NCBI GenBank assembly: GCA_965200955.1
Contig: OZ241742.1
Coordinates: 3,446,070 to 3,510,069 of the forward strand
DNA from: Rhodothermales bacterium
GTDB taxonomy: Bacteria; Bacteroidota; Rhodothermia; Rhodothermales; Bin80
Length of the DNA stretch: 64,000 nt
Direction of reading: 5' to 3'
Positions 56,059 to 64,000 of this stretch are shown one piece after another. Each line of letters opens with the position of its first letter. Within the stretch, counting starts at the first letter, position 1. Both the position numbers and the translations under genes were made by a program. The notes beneath the pieces were generated by a model. It made no database searches. It saw nothing but the letters and a program-made list of their open reading frames with translations, and was not told the DNA's origin.

Positions 56059-56709
56059 ATTGTTTTCCCCTAAGGCACCCATCGTTGGATTTGCATCGGG
56101 GTTAACTTCATGATTTCGAATCAGGATGGTTTCTCCCTGTGGGCCTGAAAACGTCGCCATGCCATCAGCTGCCCCTGGAACATAGAAACCATCATCCATC
56201 CTATCTCCCATGCGAGATATGACTTTGTAACTAAAATTTTCAGGTAAATCCATGATCTCTTTGGGATCAGAGATGAGTGGACCAAATCTGTCCTTTGCCT
56301 GAGCGGTAAAGTTTTGGCATCCAACAAGTAAGTGAAGCCCCACAAAACCGAGTGCAAATGCACCCGAGGTCTGTAAAAACTGCCTACGAGATGTGGGAGA
56401 ATTGTGTAAATGAAGATCTTTCATTGAGAGTCATAAGTGGAAAATGGTACCAAATGTACACCAGTCTACTTGAACATGTTAATCTGAATATTGCAAATAT
56501 TCGGCATATTGCTCTTTCCGCGAAGACCCACCAACGAAATGAATACGTGACTCATATAAGGCAATGTTGTTATATCCGTTGATCATAGATGAGTTTACGA
56601 TGAAATGTCTGCTATTCATCAATGGATCATAGCTCATTGGATTATCATGTACAGACCTATAACTTGTCAAATCTCGCAGAAATGGATCTACTTGAAAATA
56701 CATACCCTC

Positions 56710-56807
56710 GAGGCTTTTGCAAAACCTCAGGATCAACTCCCAAAAACGCACCAGAAGTGCTTCAGTGCATTATTTTTTCTAAAACGCAGAAGTTTTGCAA
56801 ACGCCTT
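56710..56807. mobile_element. ~100-bp MITE-like element (copy 2)
   Basis: Ends GAGGCTTTTGCAAAACCTC and GAAGTTTTGCAAACGCCTT. It shares the internal GTGCTTCAG with 15409-15507. Confidence 0.65.
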
Positions 56808-56881
56808 CCTCAATAATAATAGAAACATTTCTATCACTTTAAAGTTGTATTGTTTTGATCATCATAGATTCCCAATAAATC

Positions 56882-57160
56882 ATGAAACAGAAAAAAGAAA
56901 TGGATATTCCCTTATCGGATAAAGTTAGCCAAAGGAAGTTGGAACTTCTTGCTAAGTTGCAGCGCCTGGATGTACCGGATGAGGTGTGGTTTGAAATATC
57001 TTCCATCATTGCAGATTACCTTTCTGACCGAACCATTTCAAAGGCTAATCAAGTGGTGGATGAAAAAGGTTGGACTGACGATGATTTTCATCGTATGGCT
57101 CATACTCACATGCGGACTCCCTACCAACCTCAATCTCATGGATCTTCGGGTGGTCCTTGA
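56882..57160 (+). CDS. Putative antitoxin (small protein upstream of a PIN toxin)
   Basis: 92 aa; LELL...EISSIIADYL...HTHMRTPY; overlaps the PIN gene start. Confidence 0.65.
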   Translation: MKQKKEMDIPLSDKVSQRKLELLAKLQRLDVPDEVWFEISSIIADYLSDRTISKANQVVDEKGWTDDDFHRMAHTHMRTPYQPQSHGSSGGP

Positions 57161-57482
57161 TACAAATATTTTTCTCGTTTCAATTTCTAATAGATCACCA
57201 TATCATTGGATCTATTGTAGTCTGAAATTGAGGATGTATTCTATGTTGATCTCCACAGAAATCATTCTAGAATATGAAGAGGTCATTGGGCGACACATGG
57301 GACTTGACATAACCAATGATGTGCTCAGCGATCTTGATCAATTTCATAATGTCTCTTTAATCAATCTATACTACAGGTGGAACTTGATTCACAATGACTG
57401 GGATGACAACAAATTCATAGATTGTGCAATCGCGGGGAATGCTGATTGTATTGTGACCAATGACAAGCATTTACTTGGGTAA
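57138..57482 (+). CDS. PIN-domain toxin, probably C-terminally truncated
   Basis: RVVLDTN, ILEYEEV, DWDDNKFIDCAIAGNADCIVTNDKH; the ORF stops three residues after the last motif. Confidence 0.8.
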   Translation: MDLRVVLDTNIFLVSISNRSPYHWIYCSLKLRMYSMLISTEIILEYEEVIGRHMGLDITNDVLSDLDQFHNVSLINLYYRWNLIHNDWDDNKFIDCAIAGNADCIVTNDKHLLG

Positions 57483-57620
57483 AAACCCATTCTTGTTGAT
57501 CCATGGGTTATTTTGATAATTTTGAAATAAAGGGGACTTTGCTGATTGCCATTGTATCAAATCTACCGAGCCGCATGCGTCAAAGAGTTTGCGATCTATG
57601 GTCATTCCCTACACATTGAG

Positions 57621-58982
57621 TCATGTCCACGGACCCATAATGGCTAAGGTCAATCCGTCATGCTGAATATTGACAAACAGCGTGGTGCCATCTGGTGAAA
57701 ACGTTGCACCGGCCAGCTCGGAGTGACTCACGGCATTCCGTGCAAATTTGTACAGTTCTCCTTGTGGAGTGACTCCAACTAGGAATTGCTCATTGGATCC
57801 ATCCTCACAAACAATGAGATCCCCCCAAGGCGTGACGGTCAGGTTGTCCGCATTTTCTATCAGGCCTGGATCATTAGGCTCAATAAACAGCTCCAAGGTA
57901 TCTTCGGTGGGGTTGAGTTTCCAGATCTGTCCGCGCTTTGCGTTTCCACCATTGGTGCAGGCAAAATACACTGCATGATTGCCATACCACATGCCTTCCC
58001 CTCGTGCAAACATAGCTGCTCCCTGATCAAATCCCCGAAGTCGTAAATCCCCCATTGGTGCTTCTCCATCGTCCATGTTGATCCAAGTAACGTTCATGAT
58101 CTCTCCCACATTGACGTTTTGTGCATCCCAGTTACGGGTATCAAGACTCGGCATTCCGACCACCTGCAATGCCTGCAATTGCCCCCCCGCCTCTACATCT
58201 TCTGGATTCTCAGGAATATATCGGTAGATTAAGCTATCATGTTCATCTTCGGTCTGGTAAATAATATTCGTGATTGGATCAACGGCTACCGCTTCATGAT
58301 TGAACCTTCCCATTGCACGAATCGGCACTGCAGGGGTAACCTGAGGTGAAATCGTAGCAGGTACCTGAAAAACATAGCCATGATCTTTTGCAAACCTATC
58401 TCCTGCCAAGACCGTGATTTCTTCACAGGTCATCCAAGTATTCCAAGGAGTTGGTCCACCTGCACAGTTGCGCAGTGTGCCAGCTAAACTCAGAAATTGC
58501 GATACCAGCTGCTGATTGTGCGTATCGTAGACTAAGGTTGTTGTTCCGCCAAGTGCAGGAGATCCATCGGTGCCCGCATCGTAGAAAAAATTTGAGTCAA
58601 GGCGATCAAGAAGATCATTCTTTTCCCCAAAGGCACCCATCATTGGGTCCGCATCGGGGTTGACTTCATGATTGCGGATCAGGATGGTTTCTCCCTGTGG
58701 GCCTGAAAACGTCGCCATGCCATCAGCTGCCCCTGGAACATAGAAACCATCATCCATCCTATCTCCCATGCGAGAGATGACTTTGTAACTAAAATTTTTA
58801 GGTAAATCCATGATCCCTTCTGGATCAGAGATGAGTGGACCAAATCTGTCCTTTGCCTGAGCGGTGAAGTTTTGGCATCCAACAAGTGAGTGGAGCCCCA
58901 CAAAACCTAAGGCAAAAGCACCTGAGGTGTGTAGAAATTGCCTCCGTGAAGTACGTGAATCCTGCAAGAGAAGATCTTTCAT
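57621..58982 (-). CDS. PhoX/DUF839-family alkaline phosphatase, Tat-exported lipoprotein (intact copy)
   Basis: SRRQFL twin-Arg plus LVGC; DGM, RNHE, RNCAGGPTPWNTWMTCEE, MGRFNHEA, ARGEG, DNL, CEDG, ELAGATFSPDGTTLFVNIQH. Confidence 0.9.
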   Translation of the reverse strand: MKDLLLQDSRTSRRQFLHTSGAFALGFVGLHSLVGCQNFTAQAKDRFGPLISDPEGIMDLPKNFSYKVISRMGDRMDDGFYVPGAADGMATFSGPQGETILIRNHEVNPDADPMMGAFGEKNDLLDRLDSNFFYDAGTDGSPALGGTTTLVYDTHNQQLVSQFLSLAGTLRNCAGGPTPWNTWMTCEEITVLAGDRFAKDHGYVFQVPATISPQVTPAVPIRAMGRFNHEAVAVDPITNIIYQTEDEHDSLIYRYIPENPEDVEAGGQLQALQVVGMPSLDTRNWDAQNVNVGEIMNVTWINMDDGEAPMGDLRLRGFDQGAAMFARGEGMWYGNHAVYFACTNGGNAKRGQIWKLNPTEDTLELFIEPNDPGLIENADNLTVTPWGDLIVCEDGSNEQFLVGVTPQGELYKFARNAVSHSELAGATFSPDGTTLFVNIQHDGLTLAIMGPWT

Positions 58983-59254
58983 TGACGAGTCATTTAGTGG
59001 AAAAGGGTGCACATTGTGGATGAGTCTACTCATCATGTTTCTTTTTTTCGGGGTATCTTCACTACTATAGATCTCTCACGAAGATCCGCCTTAAATCGCA
59101 TTTGTGGTCGACTCAATAACATTAACTTATATCCGTTGACCACAGATCTGTTTAAAATAATCAGAAGATTGATGATCGGTATCCTTACAAATGGATCACA
59201 CCCTGTGGAATTTTTGTTTAGATACAATAATTTGACATATTGATGTGATGAAGA

Positions 59255-59677
59255 TTGATTGATACGACTTTTCTTCGCTTGTGCATTGCTACTCTTGAAC
59301 ATGCAGTTCAGGAGATCCAACACTTTGATTCGAAAGATGACCCCTTAAATCAAATCTACCGAGCTGCATGCGTAAAGGAATTTGAGATCATACTTGAACA
59401 GAGTGGCAAGCTTCTACGCAAGCGTTTGAGACCATACTTGTCCAGTAATAAAGCGGCAGATCGCTTGCATTTTAAGGATCTATTCCGTCATGCTAATCGT
59501 CATGACTTAATGGATGCCGTCGCTACTGAACGATGGATGGACTACCGTGATCATCGTAATTTTACCGTGCATGATTATGGTGAAGACTTCGCAGAAGCTA
59601 CACTGGAACTATTGCCAACCTTCATCATTGATGCTAAAGCATTAGCCGAAATCATTGAAACAGCTTCCTATGAGTGA
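59255..59677 (+). CDS. HEPN-domain protein (nucleotidyltransferase substrate-binding, HI0074 type); putative toxin
   Basis: YRAACVKEFEIILEQSGKLL; R-X4-H motif RNFTVH followed by DY. Confidence 0.85.
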   Translation: MIDTTFLRLCIATLEHAVQEIQHFDSKDDPLNQIYRAACVKEFEIILEQSGKLLRKRLRPYLSSNKAADRLHFKDLFRHANRHDLMDAVATERWMDYRDHRNFTVHDYGEDFAEATLELLPTFIIDAKALAEIIETASYE

Positions 59678-60032
59678 ATCCTTAGATCTTTTACCCAGGC
59701 ACCATAAAGAACTCGTTGCTCTATTCCGGGATCATCTCCCAGATGTTGAGGTGTGGGCCTATGGTAGCCGTACGAATGGGCAAAGCCATGATGGTAGTGA
59801 CCTTGATCTTGTTGTACGCGGTCCAAATCTTCAAAAAATTCCGATTGATCAGTTGGTTGAATTCAAGGATGCAATTCGAGAGTCAAGAATACCATTTCTC
59901 GTAGAAGTGGTTGATTGGGCACGCATCCCTGAAGGATTTCACTCTCAAATTAATCAACATCATGTTGTGCTCCTATCACCTGATCTCACTCAAACCAATA
60001 AATTGAAAATCCTTAACCAAAACAATCTTTAA
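59670..60032 (+). CDS. Minimal nucleotidyltransferase (MNT), putative antitoxin
   Basis: YGSRTNGQSHDGSDLDL (GS-X10-DXD); overlaps the HEPN stop. Confidence 0.88.
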   Translation: MSESLDLLPRHHKELVALFRDHLPDVEVWAYGSRTNGQSHDGSDLDLVVRGPNLQKIPIDQLVEFKDAIRESRIPFLVEVVDWARIPEGFHSQINQHHVVLLSPDLTQTNKLKILNQNNL

Positions 60033-60105
60033 TTACATGACCAATCATCCAATCTTCATCTCTTATTTTGGCAAAACTCACTAACGAAGTCTTTCATATT
60101 TGGAG

Positions 60106-63090
60106 TTAGAGTGTATCTGTAATATCTGAGAGATTTTTTGCTAACTTCAATTCTGTACCTAATTCTTTAAAATGACTTTGACCACAATTGTATTTTGCCT
60201 TTTCTACGGGTCTTAAATCATCTTCTTTGTTACTTCCTTTGGACTCCACCACGAAATAGATTTTTTCATCATTTTCTTGTTTCCAAGAAACGACCCAGTC
60301 GGGGTTGTAAGTCCCAAGAGGAGTATCTATCTTAAACCAACTTGGAAGTTTCGCATAGACAGAAATATGTTCGGACTGTTCAAACTCTTTGGAGAGATCT
60401 GATTCAACTTTCGAATCGCATAATACATAATCATATGGGGACTTTTTGCTATCATTGAAGTGCCCTCCTATATATCCAAACAGTTCTTCATTTTGAAATA
60501 ATTCCTGACTGAAGAACTCATTCTCGCCAATTTTCTGATACTTTATGCCGTCAACGATGTGTAGTCTCATTTGAATCCTAATCGTATCAATACATGCCTC
60601 AATAAACTTTTGAGGATTTCTTCTGAAGTAGTCTAACTTGGATATACCAGTCAGTATTTTGACAATTGATTTTCTGGTTAAATGGGTCTCATTTTGAAGA
60701 TATGTCACTATATCTGGTAAACTTTTTACCTGCTCATCCATGCTATGTGTTTGGGTTTGAGTCGTTGAATCATCTTGAATTAATCCTCCAATACTGTATT
60801 GAACATTACTTTTTACATAATGAATCTTGCCTTTGCTACTGATTAAGTTGCGATCTAACTTTTTGATGCACTTTTTGACCAGTGAATCAGAATCAAATCT
60901 CACAGAGAAAGTTGTTTTGTGCTTGACACGTTCCCACAATTCTTTGAATTCTAAACTATGCAGAATTTTTGTATTTGGATGTACTTTTTTCTTATGATCT
61001 TTGTTTTTGATCTCATATTTTCCTGCCACAGAGGTAAGCCTGTTCAGGATCTGTTTTGATACATGCTCACCATATTCATGGAATGTTGGAGGAATCTGTA
61101 CGTTACTTTCTCTTAGATGTAACCTCAATAAGTCCTGAACCTTTCCCCTTTGATCAAAATAACCCATATGGAAAAAATATCCATATAAGTCCTTTGATCT
61201 CTCATGTCCTACATATACTGGGTTATTCCCGTCCTTTTTTATCACGATATCAGAAAAAATAGTTTCATTTCCATATCCAAATTTGATACCAGACTCTGCC
61301 TCAATTTCCTTTTGCAGTTCTTGTACAAACAGCTCCCATGATTCATTTGCAATTACTGAGAGAGTATTGACTTGATGACCATGTACTCTTTTTCCATTTT
61401 GATCAACACATAACCTTAACCCTCTTCCTATTTGTTGGCGAGGAGTAATGTTTGATGTCCCCCTTTCTTTAAGAGTACAAATCTGGAAAACGTTAGGATT
61501 ATCCCATCCTTCTCTCAGGGCTGAATGTGAAAAAATGAACCGAATTTTTGAATCAAAACTGAGCAACTTTTCTTTATCTCTCATGATGAGGTTATAGGTA
61601 TCCTCATCATCTTTGGAGTTTCCTCTTGTGTCTTTATACTTGTTCGCTCTTTTATCAATTGAGAAGTATCCCGAATGTACAAGTGTTGCATCCTGATAGT
61701 GTGATTGGTTATGAAGCTCTTGATACTTTGGTTTTTGAATCAACTTTTTATATTCCTTCTCAAAAATATCAGCATATTCGCCATTAAGTTTATTTCCCTT
61801 TTGATCGTATTGCCTGTAATTGGCAACTTTATCAATAAAAAACAAGCTGAGAACTTTAATGCCTTGATGATTGAGTCTCATCTGTTTATCCAGATGCTCT
61901 TCAATGGTTTTGGAAATCATAACCTTTTTGACTTGTAGATCATCTACATCTCCAATGGCTTCCCCCAATTTGATATACCCCTCTCTACTGGTGAAATCAA
62001 TATACTCATTCCCTTCAAAACCATAAATATCCTTGATGATATAACCCTCGTACTCAGGTCTTCTGGTTAACTCCTCTAAATCTGTATTTTGCCTAACAGT
62101 TACCCGTTTTCTTTTAATCTTATGGTTCTCTAAGACATCTATTTCTATCTTTGCTTTGGGTAAACCATCACCAATGATTACCTTCAAAAGCTTGATGTAT
62201 GCCTGATGATGAACCCCATCTGCAACGACTGAACCCACTTCGATTTGCTTAACCAACTTTTGTGTATATGCATCTACAGCATTGAGTTTATACATCACAT
62301 TAACCTTTTCTTTGTGGGTGGCAGAATAACGAATGATCATCAACGGATTGAGACTGTCTACTGCAGATTTTCTCAAGAGAGTACTCATGGTTGTTTGAGG
62401 TTCATCCACAATCACAATTGGATTCGTACTCCTGAGTAAATCCAGTGGTTGACACCCTAATTGATCATTATATCTATGAATGATATTGGCTTTCTTGGGA
62501 CTTGTAGGATCAGTAAAACTTTTACTAAAAGCATCAATATTGATAACCATGATTTTCAATTGATTATTTGTAGCAAAATCTCTTACTTGACTGAGCCTAC
62601 CACTGTTATAAACTGAAAAATCATATGAAATATTTTCGTAAATCTCCTTGAAATGACCCTCAGTAATCTGGAGTGACTTGAGGACACCTTCTTTGATGGA
62701 TATAGAAGGAACCACTATGATGTGTTTAGAGAACCCATACCTTAGATACAATTGTAGAATCGTTTTTAGATACACATAGGTTTTCCCTGTCCCGGTTTCC
62801 ATTTCAATTGAAAAATCCAGACCACTGGTGTTGATTTCCTTGGGCGAGGAAAGTTTCAATGCATTATTTAGTTGAACTTGATGGACATTCTCTAAAATCT
62901 TACTGTTGGACAACTTCAAGTGATTTGTGTAACCCATGAGATCATCATTAATGACTCCCTGATGATTGATATGCTCAGGGGAGTAAACCGTGAAGGTGGA
63001 TTCAAAAACTTCTTGACCATCAAATATATTGACGATGGAAGCAATGGCATCATTTTGAAATTGAAGATCACTTTCGAATTGTATTCTCAT
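60106..63090 (-). CDS. res: Type III restriction enzyme Res subunit
   Basis: EMETGTGKT, IVDEPQ, YSATH, FSHSALREGWDNPNVFQIC, QQIGRGLRL; nuclease motif YNPDW...VESKG. Confidence 0.93.
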   Translation of the reverse strand: MRIQFESDLQFQNDAIASIVNIFDGQEVFESTFTVYSPEHINHQGVINDDLMGYTNHLKLSNSKILENVHQVQLNNALKLSSPKEINTSGLDFSIEMETGTGKTYVYLKTILQLYLRYGFSKHIIVVPSISIKEGVLKSLQITEGHFKEIYENISYDFSVYNSGRLSQVRDFATNNQLKIMVINIDAFSKSFTDPTSPKKANIIHRYNDQLGCQPLDLLRSTNPIVIVDEPQTTMSTLLRKSAVDSLNPLMIIRYSATHKEKVNVMYKLNAVDAYTQKLVKQIEVGSVVADGVHHQAYIKLLKVIIGDGLPKAKIEIDVLENHKIKRKRVTVRQNTDLEELTRRPEYEGYIIKDIYGFEGNEYIDFTSREGYIKLGEAIGDVDDLQVKKVMISKTIEEHLDKQMRLNHQGIKVLSLFFIDKVANYRQYDQKGNKLNGEYADIFEKEYKKLIQKPKYQELHNQSHYQDATLVHSGYFSIDKRANKYKDTRGNSKDDEDTYNLIMRDKEKLLSFDSKIRFIFSHSALREGWDNPNVFQICTLKERGTSNITPRQQIGRGLRLCVDQNGKRVHGHQVNTLSVIANESWELFVQELQKEIEAESGIKFGYGNETIFSDIVIKKDGNNPVYVGHERSKDLYGYFFHMGYFDQRGKVQDLLRLHLRESNVQIPPTFHEYGEHVSKQILNRLTSVAGKYEIKNKDHKKKVHPNTKILHSLEFKELWERVKHKTTFSVRFDSDSLVKKCIKKLDRNLISSKGKIHYVKSNVQYSIGGLIQDDSTTQTQTHSMDEQVKSLPDIVTYLQNETHLTRKSIVKILTGISKLDYFRRNPQKFIEACIDTIRIQMRLHIVDGIKYQKIGENEFFSQELFQNEELFGYIGGHFNDSKKSPYDYVLCDSKVESDLSKEFEQSEHISVYAKLPSWFKIDTPLGTYNPDWVVSWKQENDEKIYFVVESKGSNKEDDLRPVEKAKYNCGQSHFKELGTELKLAKNLSDITDTL

Positions 63091-63096
63091 TTTCTC

Positions 63097-63999
63097 TCAA
63101 ATGCTTCTGGCTTCGTGAATGCCATATCTTTTCAGGATCTGAAATGAGTTCACCTTTTCAACGTCGGTAAACCCGCTGTCTTTAAATACAACTCTGCATG
63201 TTTCTGGATTACACTCTTGCTTCCATTTTCCAATCCCATCGGAGACTGAACTATCAATTGCATCTCCAAGACATACGAAAAGTGCACCAGCCCCCACATT
63301 GAAGACTTTTTGATTTGCAATAGTGCGTTCCTCAATCGGAAGACTAAGATCCAAGCCATACTTTAGGAGGATTTCATACAATACATCTTCTTGTGTTCTA
63401 TCCTCTTTGATATTCTCAACAGAATCATAAAGAGACTCCTCAATGTTATCAAGACTCCCATCCCAGCTCTTGATATTTGAGCTATCCAACTTAAACACTC
63501 TGAAGCCCAGATCCATATTTTGGGAACCGATCGGATCTTCTTGTCTAATTTTCTTAGCTACTCTTCGGATACGCTCTTTTCCTATGTCACCAACTGTCTC
63601 AAAGCCATTTCTATATGCCTTAGAGTGAACATCAATTTTTTCTGGCCACTGAACTAAAATGAACCTGCGATTACCGCTATCCTCTGAGTTTAGATACAAC
63701 ATTGATTCTGCAGTTGTTGAAGAACCAGCGAAGAAATCTAAAACGATTTCATTGTGCTTTTTAGTGAACAATGTAGCTCCCAAGATTAATTCCTTGATCA
63801 ATGAAACTGGCTTTGGATAGTTGAAATACTCACTCAAATCATACTTCCTCAGATCTTCAACCCCAGTTTTATTCAGGTGCTTGATAATGCTATAAAATTT
63901 TGATCCATCTTCATCTAACGCTCTATACCTTCCTACAATATGGTTATCTCCTTTTTTGATTAATACATATTGACCATCTCTGATCCCGATATCAATCTC
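63097..63999 (-). CDS. mod: Type III R-M methyltransferase Mod subunit (5' part outside the window)
   Basis: FNYPKPVSLI, VLDFFAGSSTT, RFILVQ, DLGFRVFKLDSSN. The frame is open to the window edge. Confidence 0.92.
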   Translation of the reverse strand, partial: EIDIGIRDGQYVLIKKGDNHIVGRYRALDEDGSKFYSIIKHLNKTGVEDLRKYDLSEYFNYPKPVSLIKELILGATLFTKKHNEIVLDFFAGSSTTAESMLYLNSEDSGNRRFILVQWPEKIDVHSKAYRNGFETVGDIGKERIRRVAKKIRQEDPIGSQNMDLGFRVFKLDSSNIKSWDGSLDNIEESLYDSVENIKEDRTQEDVLYEILLKYGLDLSLPIEERTIANQKVFNVGAGALFVCLGDAIDSSVSDGIGKWKQECNPETCRVVFKDSGFTDVEKVNSFQILKRYGIHEARSI

Positions 64000-64000
64000 T

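Larger units (their letters stand above)
53654..56424 (-). pseudogene. Decayed duplicate of the PhoX/DUF839 alkaline phosphatase, interrupted by a TnpB element
   Basis: Fragments align with 57621-58982. Lesions: insertion at 54656-56058, TGA replacing Trp after CAGGPTP (54474-54476) and several frameshifts between about 54050 and 54400. Confidence 0.92.

Overview
Bacterial chromosomal window from a Bacteroidota/Rhodothermota-like organism. This is inferred from T9SS C-terminal sorting domains, a GWxTD protein, type III glutamine synthetase, an SprE/PorW-like lipoprotein and Cys-poor L36/S14. The core (25.3-45.0 kb, minus strand) is the contiguous str-S10-spc-alpha ribosomal cluster (rpsL to rplQ), with ftsH, an SprE-like gene and pyk upstream. 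Also present are tmRNA, asnS, glutamine synthetase, a GH16 glucanase and an iodotyrosine-deiodinase-like flavoprotein. Accessory parts include a complete IS1634-family element (TIRs plus 6-bp TSD), a ~100-bp MITE-like family, an unexplained five-unit repeat array, several pseudogenes, two toxin-antitoxin modules and a type III R-M system. The most striking feature is a 1,403-bp transposase-less element (54656-56058) whose only gene is a TnpB RNA-guided nuclease with all three RuvC acidic motifs. It is bounded by perfect 24-bp terminal inverted repeats and an 8-bp target-site duplication. These are IS1595-like DDE-type ends, not the IS200/IS605/IS607 ends normally found with TnpB. The element sits in a decayed duplicate of a PhoX-family phosphatase gene, and the intact paralog nearby shows the empty site. 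All product calls come from motif recognition by eye; no searches were run.
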